A stretch of DNA of 63,894 nucleotides, counting the filler, from Basidiobolus ranarum (lineage: Eukaryota), in NCBI GenBank assembly GCA_040143965.1. It is 27 parts of 27 records of this genome, joined end to end, with 100 filler letters (N's around TTAATTAATTAA, not from the genome) between each part and the next. Parts side by side here need not be neighbours in the genome. Positions count along the whole stretch, not along the records: positions 35,608 to 37,877 come from JASJQH010010427.1; positions 37,978 to 40,246 come from JASJQH010010428.1; positions 40,347 to 42,614 come from JASJQH010010429.1; positions 42,715 to 44,982 come from JASJQH010010430.1; positions 45,083 to 47,349 come from JASJQH010010431.1; positions 47,450 to 49,715 come from JASJQH010010432.1; positions 49,816 to 52,080 come from JASJQH010010433.1; 20 more parts are not named here. The stretch is one strand, 5' to 3'. This document shows, in pieces, positions 36,526 to 51,020 of this stretch (the stretch's first letter is position 1; each line of letters begins with the position of its first letter). The notes below the pieces were generated by a model. That model saw only the letters and a list, made by a program, of their open reading frames with translations. It was not told the DNA's origin and did not search any database. The position numbers and the translations under genes are program-made.

Positions 36526-37758
36526 TTGAATATTTCTGTGCAAGTTATCAGATACAGCAATATATTATTCTACGGCAAGGTTTATATAATGAAATTGAGA
36601 CTTGTTAATACCTCATACCTGAGCCAAGCCACCATGTTCGCAATAATTCCATATAACTTGCAAATGATTGAAATAACGTGCAAGTATTTACCAGTTGTAT
36701 TTCAATATTTGAGTAGTTTCTATCATATTCAAATCAACATGAAGGGTTACTTGACTCAGTCATAATTTGATCTCGGTTGTCAATAGGAAAGAGATCCGTG
36801 ATTTCTACTTATTCAAACATACATCTCCTCTGAATACACTAAACCTGGTTTGATTAAAATACTCTAGAGATTTGATTTTAATGTCAAGTGGCTTTCTTTA
36901 TGAAACGTAATGAGCACCAAACACGAAATAAACAAATATCGATAGGATTCCAAATTGAATATTACAATCCAAACCAGCGAACTTTGCTTAACTTTCTAGC
37001 AGTTACCCTACAAAGCGAAAGAGATTTTTCATGTGCTACCATCATTCACCTAGTATTATATATCTTCCGATATCAAATACTTTCAGGCGTCCCTTCAATG
37101 GGAAACTCAATATACCCTTCACTATTTAAATTGGAGCTGAAAGGCATGCATAAGCTGACTCTTAGTACCTACTACCGGGATTTTGTCATGTCTATCGATT
37201 AACTCGCTTGTACTAGTATCTTCAAAAGTATAATGGAATCTTCTCAGCTTTATGTCGTCCACAACAACCCATGTTTATTAGCATATATGACCGTCAACCC
37301 CTGTGATTTAACTCAACATATATGTAATATCACTAACCCTTAGAAACAGTATCGTTGAGAGAAAAAAGTTCTCTTTAGTCCATAAAAGTCGTTGTTAGCT
37401 CTACATTGACGAAGCGGTTTTCTAGAAACGTTTATGGAAAATCCAAGTACGTCGATAGAAGTGAGCTTATACTCATATAGAGAATGTCCTGTTCAGGGTT
37501 AAAAAGGGGCTTAACCCCAACAGATTACGGTTTGACTTTTGTAACAACGATGAAAGCTTATCTACTAAATATAGAAGTTCTAACGAGTTTTGGAATTTCA
37601 ACGCACACTGAATGTCAACATTCAAAATTTTAGAAAAGTATTGACAGTACATAGCATTTAGTGAGAGCACGTAGCATATAATGACAGTATGTAGCATTTT
37701 ATGTTTCTTCAAATGGGAATATTAGCAGGTCGATAAGAATCAAATCATTACAAAACGT

Positions 37759-37875
37759 TTAGACTCGTTTACCAAGACCAGATTTTTCGTATACCATATC
37801 AACAGCTACCATGGAATTTAAGAAGTCTTCTCCATTAACACCGCTATCTTCATCAACCATAGTCCAGAAGGGGTC
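37759..37875 (-). CDS. C-terminus of a probable Gfo/Idh/MocA-type oxidoreductase
   Basis: Reads ...GEDFLNSMVAVDMVYEKSGLGKRV*. Short, and recognised from memory only. Confidence 0.4.
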   Translation of the reverse strand, partial: DPFWTMVDEDSGVNGEDFLNSMVAVDMVYEKSGLGKRV

Positions 37876-37977
37876 ACNNNNNNNNNNNNNNNNNNNNNNN
37901 NNNNNNNNNNNNNNNNNNNNNTTAATTAATTAANNNNNNNNNNNNNNNNNNNNNNNNNNNNNNNNNNNNNNNNNNNN

Positions 37978-38598
37978 AGAGGAGTACTAATGCTTGAGCT
38001 TCAGTAACAACTTAACCAATAGAAATCCAGTTTTGTATATCACGCGCAAGCAGTCATCCTTGCGTGTGGCGAGGGAAAAGGTGGATTCTGGAAGGTTAAG
38101 AGCACGAAACCAACAAGGAAACATATGTTAGGCCTATTAAACATATCCTCATCAAATGCTTCAATAAATATCATTGCATTATCTCATTGAGGGATAACCA
38201 AAATCGATTCGAACATAACTCGCAAACATAGTACTGTTCCCCCATATTCTGCGTCCACTCTGAAACGATATGGGACTCCTGATTTCCAATCGTACTTCCA
38301 AAATACGCGCCATACAGGCCCTCCTTCATCAAACGTCTCCATGGTAACAATTTACACCGGTGTCTATTACTTTAGCTACACGATGAGCATCTTGGTCCCA
38401 CAATGAGAAGATGAATACTCTTCCATTATACCATGTTTGCATACCAAGAAAGTCACAATAAAAGACAACTGCTGACCAGTATGTAGCGGGAGTCTCGTAT
38501 CCAGGTATAGCCTCTACATCTGATTCATAACTGATAATGGCGGAAATCGGGAAAATTGGGCCAAATTGCAAGGGGATATACAGCAAAAGTGTCATCAT
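37978..38598 (-). pseudogene. DUF3472-like protein, frameshifted
   Basis: TYWSAV.F...FLGMQ....RVFIFSLWD continues, after a frameshift at ~38335, as FDEGG...YDWKSGVPYRFRV. Confidence 0.5.
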
Positions 38599-38759
38599 GA
38601 ATCGCCGAAAGAAACAGGAAGGTTTATCCGGTCACAAGGAGAACCAATCAAGACTAAGCCATTGAATTGGTATTTACAGAATTTCGACTCTAAAATAACA
38701 ATACGTATGGAAGTATTGTGCAATTAGTTTCTTACTGCTTCTTTAATTCTAGCTGAAGT

Positions 38760-40246
38760 GTATTAAACAAAGAGAACAGTTCTAATTAATTATACTGTGA
38801 TTTTACTTGAGAAGAATGATTGTGTATCTTTTGCCACGTGTGAAACATTTGATGCCTTAGGCATTGGTTATCACATGAACAAATGAAATGGCCAGATTTC
38901 ATTACCACTGCAATATCATTTAGCAATTCAAATATTTGAAAAATAAGTTGTTTTTACAATGACTATAACTCCTGTATAGAGTATCCATTTGGTTTGAAAC
39001 TTTGAGACAAGCTATAGGGATTAATGATAAAGATTACAGTCAAATATTAGTTGATCTGGGATTGTACTGATTCCACAAATAGGGATCTAGTTTTAAATAT
39101 CCGTAATAAGAACTGGTTTGACAAAATTGTCCAAATTGCTTGGATATTACAGATCCTAAGCTATTGCTTCTATGTACAAAGACTTAGCATGTTCTGCCAT
39201 GAATTGATGAAGCTATTATGCATTTAGTATAAGGCAAATTATCATTGCACTATAATTTGTTGTATTAATTAAGCAATAACTAAGTTATACAAGTTACAAA
39301 TGATTTAACTCAAGCAAAAGTTGATAAAAATAGATGAAGTTTCATCACTACTGAAATATAGCAATAATTGCCATTGATGCCAGATCATACCTTTTTAGCT
39401 TCAAATGAAAGATTGGAATCAGGTGCATAAGTACATGGATGCCTTGTTGGAGCAGAAACAATTTCACAGGCTCAAATATTCATAAAATATAAAGCAATTT
39501 TATATTAATCCAGTATGACATTCTCAATCAAAAACTTTTGATTTCAGTAAGCTGTAAGGAAATATAGTCAGGTACTGACCCAAAATTTGGTTGTTGACCA
39601 GTACTGGTTCCTGCATATCTCATATGGTCAACATAGCCAGAGCAACATTCTTGATAATATTTAATCAAGTCAATTGAAATTCCATGACATGATAGTCATA
39701 CCAATATTGTAACTGTAGCATAAATTGAGTTCATTTTGTTAATAACCTGCTAAAATATGCTTGATCTAGTAAACATCATATTGCTACTAAATTGAGTGAT
39801 TAACTTGGTTTGAAACTCAAGGTACATGTTGAATAGGCACTAAACTACTTGGTGTGTAAATTTAAGCCAAATTGTAGCCAATTTGAGAGAGCCACAAGTT
39901 GTTATACAATGTACCAGATTTGCAGGTAAATATATCTGGCTAATCATACACTGACTCTATATACTAGTCCTGAATCTGGTATAGCATAAAGTATAGGATT
40001 GTTCCAGGATAGATTGATAACAAACACTACAAATGTGAACCAGTATGGAAAAGCTTGCAGTCAACCAGGTTCTTACAACAAGGCTTGCATTTGTTGAGTG
40101 CATGAAACGGTGCACCAATTTGCAGAAGATAATTATTCATGTGTGGGTCACCTCATGATAATTAAGGATTAATCAAGCACTTGGGCTATATTACTCAAAT
40201 TCAATCAAAATTCAGTATATGATTAGACCTATGTATGAAGTAACTG
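38760..40246 (+). mobile_element. Very degenerate transposon-like sequence, possibly MULE
   Basis: Almost CpG-free with no long ORF. A Cys-knuckle-like remnant lies near 40030-40090. Confidence 0.3.
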
Positions 40247-40346
40247 NNNNNNNNNNNNNNNNNNNNNNNNNNNNNNNNNNNNNNNNNNNNTTAATTAATT
40301 AANNNNNNNNNNNNNNNNNNNNNNNNNNNNNNNNNNNNNNNNNNNN

Positions 40347-41143
40347 AGAAAAAGAACTTTGGGACACTGATGTAGGAGAAGAAAACAATGCAAAACTATT
40401 TGAAATCAAAGTTGTACTCCAGGTCAAAAAGAACAAACAGCCTTTAATACAATTTGTCTCAATGTTAATGCCAAATTGCTAATTCTATGTTCAAGAGCCA
40501 AAACTGCCAAGATGACTTTGATTTCAAATAGTTTTGCATTGTTTTCTTCTCCTACAACAGTGTCCCAAAGTTCTTTTTCTTGCAGCAGTACTTTAATTTT
40601 ATATATCTAAACCTGATAATTGGTTTCATCCAATTTTTCAGAGGAGGGAAAAGTTCAGAAGTTTGAGAAGAAGACATTACAGAGAGAGCAAGCTCAGGGC
40701 TCATAATCTGTTAGAGTATTTTGGGAGCATGTTGGAAGTGGTTTGGAGAAATAGATAAATTGGTGGTTTTCACTTATTGATTTATTGAGTAGAAAGTTCA
40801 TGTTTATAGTTTATCAAGATTCAAACAAACTGACATGTAGAATGTGTTACAGGTAGTCCCAGAAACATTTATGTAAAGTTTGGGGCTTCTAGTACAAGTT
40901 TGAAAAATTCTTATATCTGAGAACCTCTAAGTTGGTAGAGTTTTTTAAATAAATTCCGATTGAGAATAATGGGTGATATCTTCGCTCAATATTGGATAAC
41001 TAAATACTAAGCTATATATGACTATATAGGTGTTTAGACCATGCGAATTTCAACACTTTCTACTTAATAGATCAGTAAGTGAAAACCAACAATTTCTCTA
41101 TTTCTCCAAACCACTTCCAACAGGCTCCGAAAATACTTTAACA
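40347..41143 (-). mobile_element. Copia family B fold-back: gag fragment (+), inverted gag, PBS and LTR (40709-41055, minus), then an LTR 3' fragment (+)
   Basis: 40347-40412 is the reverse complement of ~40515-40580. The PBS complement GGGCTCATAATC lies at 40697-40708. Confidence 0.85.
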
Positions 41144-42999
41144 ATTTCGAGCTAACCAACTAATGATTGAGAGGCTGATTTTATTGCACAGTAGCATACA
41201 GAAATTATACCCTAAGTGGACTTATTAAATCATTTTGAACGGCTATGAAGCTTAAATATATTGAATATAGTTGGAATGGACTTCAATTATGGGATGACCT
41301 CAAGAATTATGTGACTTGCACTTTTTCTATGTAATTGAAACTAAGTGTTGTAATTACGTCAAAAGCGAAGATAATTCATAGCATATATGTGTCTCTAAGG
41401 CGTTCAGAAAGTTTGAGTTAAAGTTTAGTGAGTTTCGAACGAGTTTGACATAATCAAGTGTTCAAATCTAATATTCCAAAATTTGGTAATTGCTTAATGG
41501 AAATAGGCATCCATGTATTTGCTTAAAACGATTGCTAGGGTACTAAGGAAGTCTAGAACAATATTTGGGGAATTCTGAATGGGTTGAATGATGCTGATGA
41601 ATTATGCATCCAATAGAAACTCCAAACTTCGAGGTAAATACTATAGTAATTGTTGTACTACTATACTGATAATACATACAGTCAAGCTGTTAAATTAGTA
41701 GCTTTATTTCGAGATAGGATAAATGTACTATTAGACAACATTTCCTGAATGATGTTAAATTACATTTATGTTCTGCTAAATACTTGGATTCTATTTCGAA
41801 CTATAAAATGTATTGACTACGATATTTCGTAAATAAGCACTAAACAAGCCTAAGGTGTTTAACTCTACAACTCCAGGTGCTTAACTCTATATATCAACCA
41901 TCAGTTTGTTCTTGCGAATACCAAATGACATTCCCAATGGGTGCTAGCATCATTCAAGTTGTTACAAGCTTTGTAGGGCTGAAATAATTATGTCACTGAA
42001 TCTACTCTAGATTACAAGCAAACAATAAGTATTTCTATACAGGAATAGAGGTGAATATTGTTGTCAACACTTATGTATATCATTTGCAATGCAGATAGTT
42101 CCATTCCCAAGATTGGATCACTCTCTGCTTTGGTACGATATTGAATGATTTGCTACATCGACACCAGTACTAGTCTAATGGACAATGGTATGCCTATTTG
42201 GGAGTAGTTAAGCCGATAGCAACCCATGTCACGAAACGATTATCAAGTTACATCATGGAAGTCTACCGATTTGTAAGTTATTGCGAATTTAAACTCAAAC
42301 TCAGTGCATTCATAAAATACCCGACTATTACAATGTTGGGATAATGAGAATGAATGACCGTTGGAGCCACAGTAGTAGGATAAAAACATGCAAAACTGCA
42401 ACCATGGATTAATCCAATATTACTAAATAGGATGAAACCCATCACTGACTTCATCTCAACACGATAATCAATTGTCGGTGGCCAGGAAAGGCACGAGGCA
42501 TCCATATCGTTTTTGTTATCAGGAGGTAAATATTTGCCATTAGAAGACATTGTGTTACTTAATACATATATAAATATTGTGAAAGGTATATCACTTATAT
42601 ATAACAAAGTTGCCNNNNNNNNNNNNNNNNNNNNNNNNNNNNNNNNNNNNNNNNNNNNTTAATTAATTAANNNNNNNNNNNNNNNNNNNNNNNNNNNNNN
42701 NNNNNNNNNNNNNNCAAACCAATAAACAACTCAAATCTCTCTTCCTTAGCAGCCTCAAACATCTTTCCTCTTACAAAAATATCTTTCGCCGTATCGAAAC
42801 CTTCGTTGCCGAATTTGACGTTATCTGTGCATTTTGGAGTTACTTTAATTCAAAATAGATCTATCTTGTTTTAACATCCCCTGGGTACTTGCTTGAGTCC
42901 ATATAGTCATTCTTGCAGTTTGCAGACCATATCATGGTGTTACAGGTCAAAATATAGGTAAAGTTGCTCCATATGGATCTCTTCTTCTTGATTTCCCTT

Positions 43000-44982
43000 C
43001 AGAAAGGCTGTTTTTACACCCAATTGGTACGGAGATCTCTATTTCTGGAGTTGGATATGCTAGCAAAAAGGACTTTTGTAATTGGATATGAAAGCCTTAT
43101 TACAGGTTGAAAGAAGTCAGACTGAATCTATGCCAGTTGTCAATGCATTTCCTGCTGCATCATTCACATTGCTTAGAGAGTATAGGCTCTTGCTATACAT
43201 TCTGGGACTTCCCAATAGAGTGCACCTGCAATGAAATGATGCTTCATATGAATTTGTCAGTTTTACTATCCCTAACAGAAATTTCAGGCAGGTTATCATA
43301 GGAAAATTGACACAATTTTAATCCATTTGGCCTCAACCATTTACTTACATTATAAAATCATCAAGTAAGATTTGATTTTAATTAATTTTTTCAGTTTTAG
43401 GAGTGAAATTTCAAGATCTTGCAAAATAGCTGCACATGATTAGCTATAATCTCAGAGAACTATGGATCAATACATGGCAACAAATGTAACTCAAATATTA
43501 CATATTCACCACTTGTATGCTAATTTGTTGCCTTCAAAATCCCTAGTTTTTTTGATGTATTCTCATGAATATCTTTATTGAGTTCTTCATACCCAAGGTT
43601 TAGCTCAGATCCAACACAAGTTTGTATCAATATCTCCATCAAAGCCCACCATTTTATTAACATTCCTGAATCAACATTCTTCCAGCTATCTGGCAGATAC
43701 CCTGACATATTGTGCCACTCTGAATTAAGTTCTTCCCATATATCTGCATGGTCAAAAACAGACTGAATGTCAAGTTGAATGTCCTTCTTCTGAAGCCACC
43801 TCCTGCATGCTTGCACTGCAGTTTTCCCTTCATACTTTTGAAAATATCTGCAAGCTCTTTGACTTTTTTTATACATCCTTGTAGTATGACACTACTAAGG
43901 CTGCCATGTATTATATTTTCAGGTGTTTTGTCTTGTTGAGAGATGCCAGATGTTGAATAAACTTCCGCATTTAGCAGTCTGCCAACTGATGTACCTGGTT
44001 CCATAGTGAAATTAAGCTTTTTTGCCAGTATATCTGACTCTGGAATTGCAGATCTTTTTAATGGTGCAAAGAATTTGGTAAGTGGGACAGTGGAGCCTAA
44101 ACTCACTTGGTCCTTTGCTTTTCCCTTGAGTTTACTAACTTCCTGCTCCTTACTTATTCTGGAGTGGAGAGTTCAATCCAATCCTAACAACCAGTTGTTT
44201 ATTAGTTTTCTTACACTTTTACCACAGTTGATTGGCAACTGTTGCTTGCCACAGACCTGGTACAAGTGGAAAACAGTTGTCAATTGTATGACTTATAGTC
44301 CTTCAGTAATACAACTGCCTTCATGTCCAAATGGTTGTTTGGCTTTCACCAGTGATCCAAAAAACCTGAAGTCATGTACTGTTTGCACACAATAGGCAAT
44401 CACTGAATCAGGTAAATATTGTTCATATTTGGCTGTCATACCATTGATTCCTCATCTTAAAGTTTTGATGAAATCACCCAAATATAGATCATTGATCCAA
44501 TACCAAAGTACTCACAGTAAAGCTGATGGTATTATGGATATACTTGATAGATATCACTACCAGAATTTGAAAAGTCAAGGTTTCTTTGAGAACACATATG
44601 ATCATGCATTTGCATTGGCTCTGGATGGTTTCTCACTAAACAAAAATACTGTTGGAAAGGTTTGCTGGCCAATAATTTAATCAACTTAAATCTTCCTCCT
44701 GCTGAATGGTATCAGCTTCATAATATTTTGATACTATCCATCATATCTGGACCTAAATCACCAGTGCTTCTAGATAGCTTCTTGGAGCCTTTGATTGCGG
44801 AATTTGTATGGTTATGTAATGGGCTTCAGATGGGTAAATATTTTATTAAAGCTAATATCATTGTATATATTGGTGACACTCCTGCCATCAGTAAACTTGG
44901 AGGTTTTTGTGGGCACAATGCACTATCTTGCTGTAGATTTTGTCAAATCAATGGAGTTTACTCTAACAGGCATATGCATTAC
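43000..44982 (+). mobile_element. CACTA-like mosaic: transposase C-terminal piece, accessory ORF (minus strand, ~43300-44150), transposase core (plus strand, from ~44150)
   Basis: HFLLH....IG.CY.FW.FP.E motif; collinear with 14260-15500 (inverted) and with 19200-20025. Confidence 0.83.
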
Positions 44983-45082
44983 NNNNNNNNNNNNNNNNNN
45001 NNNNNNNNNNNNNNNNNNNNNNNNNNTTAATTAATTAANNNNNNNNNNNNNNNNNNNNNNNNNNNNNNNNNNNNNNNNNNNN

Positions 45083-47349
45083 AAATTTAGCTACACCATC
45101 AGCAAAATTTGATGATGTACTCTATGTATCAAACATAGCCAAGAATCTACTCTCAGTAAGCCAAGCAACAACTCAAGGATTTAATTTTGTGTTCAGTAAG
45201 GCTGGAGGCACTATCACAGTTCAGAATAATACCAAATTAGCTACTGGGATCAAAACCCAAAACTTATACAGGATAGAAATCAACAAATTGCATTTGGAGC
45301 ATGCAAACTTGGCCAAAACTCATGAAATAAGTTGTCAAACATGGCATAGAAGATTAGGCCATATTGGGGAACAAAAACCTACCCAAATGATCCAAAATCA
45401 GCTTGTTTCAGCCTTGGAAATTGGAAATATCACTAAATTGGATCTGTGTCAAGGTTGCATATATGGAAAACATCACAGACAGCCGTTTTCAAGCTCTGGA
45501 GAAATCAAATCTACTAAGAATACTTTCCTGATTCATTCTGACCTATGTGGGCCCATGAAAAACGTCTCACTAGGAGGGCAAAGGTACTATATGTCCTTTC
45601 TTGATGATAAAACAAGATATACTTGGGTATTCTTTCTCAAGTAAAAATCTGAAGCCTTAGCTACATTCAAACACTACAAAGCAATGGTAGGGAAAGAATC
45701 AGCACAAAAAATAAGGGTACTAAAGAGTGATAATGGCGGAGAATACTGCTGAAAAGACTTTACTAGTTTTTGCTCTAAACATGGAATTAAGCAACCAACT
45801 ACTGTACCTTATACTCCACAGCAAAATGGAGTTGCAGAAAGTGCTAATAGAAACATAGTGGAGATGGCAAGATCAATGTTGTATGATCAAAAGTCACATT
45901 ACCAATATTGGGCTGAATCTGTCTCCACTGCAGTCTGTATCAAAAACAGATGCCCAACAAGATTGCTACAAAATTCTACTCCATGTGAAGCACTATAAGG
46001 ATCAAAACCAAGTGTGGATCATCTCAGGATCTTTGGTTGCAGAGCATATTGCCTAATTCCAGCTCAAAAATGCTTGAAATTGGAGCCCAAAAGCAGAAAA
46101 TGCACATTGCTTGGTTACTCTGATGGATCCAACACCTACAGACTGTTTGATACCCAAAATTAGGAGTTAATCAAGTGCAGAGATGTGATTTTTGATGAAA
46201 AAGCAATTTTTTACCTCAAATCACAGTTCTTGATCCAGAAAACACAATCAGCACTATTCAGGAAGTGTCTGACAAGATTCCAGCTGTATCTGAGCCTTAT
46301 TCAACCAAAATTTTAGTCCCAATTACATCAAAAGATGATTCAGGACCCAGAAGATCATCCAGAAGGAGAAATAAGCCAGGAAACTGGTGGAACACTTCCA
46401 ATGCTGATGTATATGCTTATGCAGCATTTTGCAACAAGCCATAGACTCTAGATCAAGCTTTAGAGTGTCCAGAATCAAAAATATTGGAAAAGCAATGTCA
46501 GATGATTTTTCTTCACTTCAGGACAATAAAATGTAGGTATTAAGTCCTCTTCCATCAAGGAGAAAGCCAATAGGTTGCAAATGGGTCTACAAAGTCAAAA
46601 ACTAAGCTGATGGAACCATGGAAAGGTACAAAGGAAGATTAGTTGCAAAAGGTTATTCCTAAACTCCCGGAGTTGATTTTAATGCAACATTTACTCCAGT
46701 AGCTAAGTTTACCTCCATCAGATCAATTCTGGCACTCTCAGCTGTCCATAACCTTGATCTACATGAAATGGATGTCAAAACAGCCTTTCTGAATGGAAAT
46801 TTAGAAGAAGAGATCTATATGGAGCAACCAGATGGATTTATTCACCCAAATCATCCTGATATGGTTTGTAAACTGCAAAAATTGCTATATGGACTCAAGC
46901 AAGCTCCCAGAGCATGATAACAACTGGAAATAGGATTCTTATCTTAGCAATATGTGTGGATTACTTAATCATAGCCACAAATGATCCACAAGCACTTAAT
47001 CAGACAAAAAGCAGCTTATCAAACCTTTTTTCAGATGACTGATAATGGTGAATTGAGTTATTTTGTTGGAATCCAAAACAAGAGAGATAAACCCAATCAG
47101 AAAGTCATGCTGAATCAGTCTAGATACATCCCAGACATCCTAAAACGCTTCAAAATGGAGAATTGCAAGCCTGTATCAACACCAATGGATCCCAATATGA
47201 AATTAATTAAAATTTTTTCCAATTTGGCCCAAAATGACTCAAATCAAAGCCAGGAGTTCCCTTATCAATCCATGCTTGGTAGTTTATTGTATACAATGGT
47301 TGGAACATGTCCAGACATTGCTGTGGCAGTGGGAATTGTGAGCCAATAT
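45083..47349 (+). pseudogene. Ty1/copia pol (preintegrase, integrase, RT), degenerate
   Basis: Motifs WHRRLGH, IHSDLCGPM, SDNGGEY, PQQNGVAE, IGCKWVYKVK, MDVKTAFLNG, LYGLKQAPR and YQSMLGSLLY. Confidence 0.96.
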
Positions 47350-49242
47350 NNNNNNNNNNNNNNNNNNNNNNNNNNNNNNNNNNNNNNNNNNNNTTAATTA
47401 ATTAANNNNNNNNNNNNNNNNNNNNNNNNNNNNNNNNNNNNNNNNNNNNTTGATCGATCTACAACGATAATACGGAGTGATCAACCCTGTTGACACCACT
47501 CCATCACAGATCAAATCGAAATTCTAAATCTGGAGCAATCTCATGGCCCAAAATCAAGTAATGGTCTGATCCACTTAAATATACGCGAAGTTAAACTTCG
47601 TTGGAGCGGAGTTTCGTACTAGGATTTCAAGGAAATGAAGCAGATAGATGGAGATTCTCATGGAAATGAGATGTTCCTATATTAAATCCACTGGTGTCCC
47701 AATGATTTCTATTTCGGAATTGTGCTAAGATACCGGATTGATATGAGCAAATTCAACACTGAGATCAACGTTTGATTGAGCATGCAGAAGCCAAATCCCT
47801 ACTTAAGAGAAGTATATTGGACAATCTCGGCAGGTATGCCTCATAAACAAGACCAAATCTAATAGAAGCGCTGATATAGAAAAGCAGGATGAGGTAGAGC
47901 TGATCAGAGCATGGTATGTGGTCACTATAGCAAAAACATCGTTGATGGGGAAGTAGGCGTAAAAGGAAATCCAGTGGCTCATAATCAAGCCAGAGGTATA
48001 TGTTTCCTGCATGATGAGCAAGTATTTCTTTCATATTTTTCAACTTGCGGTTGTGAAATTAACCCACTCAAATTTAAGTACTTGTTGCGTATGATGTAAT
48101 ACTTGAGACAACCCAATTGTCTAGCTCCAATTAAGTGGATGTAGCCCAGGGTCATTGAAAACCGTTTCCCATCTACCCATTACATCATGGTGAGAAGAAA
48201 CAGCTCTCCTGCTTACACTTATTCGAGCTTCTAGATTGTGCATTAACGAGTTTTGGTTTAAATCAACTAACTACAGTATAATTTACGTTATTCTCAAATG
48301 ATAGTGCTGAAGATGCATAATGATGACCAAGCACTGCGCTAAACCACTCTTTGTATTGAATGTAGACCATTAAACCTGATCAGTACTCTTTTGTCAATTG
48401 TACTACTCCATGAACGAAGGTTCGGGTGTACGGATGAGTCAGGGGTTTGATTTCGCGATTGTGTTTTTGATCGTGCATCTCTAACTCTGATACTTCGAAA
48501 GTCCCATCCTTTCTAATGGTTCAAGGATAGCGTTAATGCAATCTATTACGGAACACTTCTGTATTAAAGTAATTTGCAGTCCATAGCCATAACATTGCAT
48601 TAACTATTCGACTAGCTTTAGGTCGACATAACTTTCATCTACCGATATTGTAAGCTATTTGGTCTATATGCTACACTGCAATTATTATACACAGGTAATT
48701 AGGATTGCTATGCATATCGTTCTCTTGGAACGAAATAGTATCTTAACTGATGACATACTGCATACTATGAATCGGCTGATCCGATTACCATGGCCCGTGG
48801 TTAGCATTCCACCTATCACCCCTTTCTACCAGTCAGGTTTGCATCATTCTTCAATTGTCAAACAAGAAGTATATTAGATAATACGAGAATGTAGTAATTG
48901 GACAATGTATTTCATGTTTGTAGTCAGATGGATCAGTTTTGATTATTAATTGACAGGATCACGGGCTAGTTGAGAATTGGCAATGAGTTACATAGAATTC
49001 ATGGTTCACTAAGATGATGACAACCCAAATCTGTTGCATTTATCCCTTTGAACATGGAAAGATATTGGTTGAGGGATCTATCTATTAAAATTCAACGTGA
49101 GAAAACCATTGGCCCAGGGTATATATGTTTGTCAGTTGTTCTTACATTGATAACTCCATCCTTTTGCCTTCAACAAGTAATATAGAAGAGATACTATAAG
49201 AGATGTTGAGGTATTTTGGCAGTTTGTTGGAAGTGGCTTGTA

Positions 49243-49715
49243 CTTTAAGAAGAAAAGTAACACATTCTGTGATTAGTGTAAAAGAACTGGCCATTTAAGT
49301 AAAGATTGCTTTAAAAGAATTGCTAATGAAGAAAAACATACTAATTCTGGAAATGTTGTTACAACAGAAGATCACTTGTTCATATCTGCTCTATCTATGA
49401 CTACCAACAAGGATTCTCAGATGTGGTATATTGATTCTGGAGCTTCCCAACATTTCACAAATGAAAAACATTGGTTTGTGGAATATGAAGAAATCCCAAT
49501 TAGAAAGGTTTTCATGGGAGATGACCACACATTGGATGCTATTGGAATGGGAACAATTCAAGTCAATTTAACTGGAGCTTCTGAAGAGAAAGTATATACT
49601 TTTAAGGATGTACTACATGTTCCAGATATTGCCAAGAATTTAATATCTGTATGCAAGGCCACCTCAGAAGGGCTAAAATTCAATTTTGATAAGTCAGGAT
49701 GCACCATCACTGATC
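49243..49715 (+). pseudogene. Copia family B zinc knuckle-protease fragment
   Basis: WYIDSGASQHFT and DVLHVPDIAKNLISV; collinear with 6150-6615. Confidence 0.9.
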
Positions 49716-49816
49716 NNNNNNNNNNNNNNNNNNNNNNNNNNNNNNNNNNNNNNNNNNNNTTAATTAATTAANNNNNNNNNNNNNNNNNNNNNNNNNNNNN
49801 NNNNNNNNNNNNNNNG

Positions 49817-49984
49817 GTGCCACAGGTTCACAGTAGAGGATTGAAACTCAGGTGGTGGGGCGGCCCTGATGTTGAGGCAGCGTGGAAATTATGGTTGGAA
49901 AATGGGGCGGATATCATTGGAACCGATAATCTGCCTGGACTGAGAAATTTCTTGATATCTCATCAGAAAACCACTAATTTGTGA
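49817..49984 (+). CDS. C-terminus of a PLC-like/GDPD-superfamily phosphodiesterase (Aim6-like)
   Basis: Reads VHSRGLKLRWWGGPD..AAWKLWLENGADIIGTDNLPGLRNFL. Confidence 0.65.
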   Translation: MPQVHSRGLKLRWWGGPDVEAAWKLWLENGADIIGTDNLPGLRNFLISHQKTTNL

Positions 49985-50373
49985 CCAAAAGGGACAAGTG
50001 CTGGCTAGTGACCTTGTTATGAATCATCTTCCTCATGCATAATTACTTTACATACTCTTTCCGCAGGCAATACCGTCAAGTTTTACGTATTGATATAGTT
50101 TTGCCTGCCTCAAACGTTAATAAAATCAAATTCTTGTTTCAGGCTTGACAGGAAGAAATTTGAGAGGCATCTTCTGGTCTCAAGCTACTCTTTGACAAAT
50201 ACCGTAGATTTGATAGTCATTAGCGAAGTATTTATTGATGTTTAAACGTTGAACCACTAACATCCCGATCGTATTATATCTTCGTTTAAAAAAGCGTTAT
50301 GCGACACCAAGCGCACCATGTCTAATTATATATATCACCAGTAGATTCAGCCTTCTGTTAGGATAGCTATATC

Positions 50374-50865
50374 TTAGGGTTAGGGGCGAGGAAAAGCACC
50401 AAGTGATGTGAGGTTTATTTAGTTAATATCAATACTCTAAACAAAGTAATATTTAGGATACTGAACTCCTAAGACATGGATATAGAATAGGATCATATCC
50501 ATTCTCAAAGTACTCATCAATATAACCAATATCTGAGGCTCTAATGATTACATTAAGTCGGAATGACGATAAACCTAGAGGAAGAAAGTAGGATATACTG
50601 CAAGAATAAGAGGACTTTACGGACAATATAAAGTAGGAAAGGTGCCTTGCAGGCTAAGTATTGGCCCCAAAGGGTGTACTGAGAGTATTGAGCTATGAAA
50701 TCAAGTTTTTCTGCATCATGCTTTTGCAAAGTTAAATCAAATACTAAAGGATTATCTTGAATTGTTTTTCAGCATGATCCTCTTGGGAGATACAGAGAAT
50801 CACTACTTGTTCAATGGATTTCTTCTTTCATCTATTATGAGCTACAATCTTACTTTCACCAGAAC
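50374..50865 (-). mobile_element. Diverged LINE subfamily 3' end with telomeric-repeat tail
   Basis: TTAGGGTTAGGGGCGAGGAAAAGCACCAAG, with loose collinearity to 2905-3400. Confidence 0.68.
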
Positions 50866-51020
50866 CACAGATGTTCTGAACACAACCCCAGTGTTGGTTT
50901 TTTGTATTTCCTCCAAAATGTATAAATGCTTCATTTCTGGACAATAAATAATTATCTCACAAAGCTATTCACAACTCCACTTTTCTAAAGTTCCTCCAAA
51001 CAGCCCATATTTTCCCAATA
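50866..51020 (+). mobile_element. Copia LTR family A, 3' part
   Basis: Matches 943-1098. Confidence 0.85.

Noticed and set aside
42100-42614. ORF 42278-42607 (and similarly 47765-48043) as protein-coding genes
   Set aside because: No recognisable motifs or convincing exon structure. They may be decayed gene fragments but cannot be supported.
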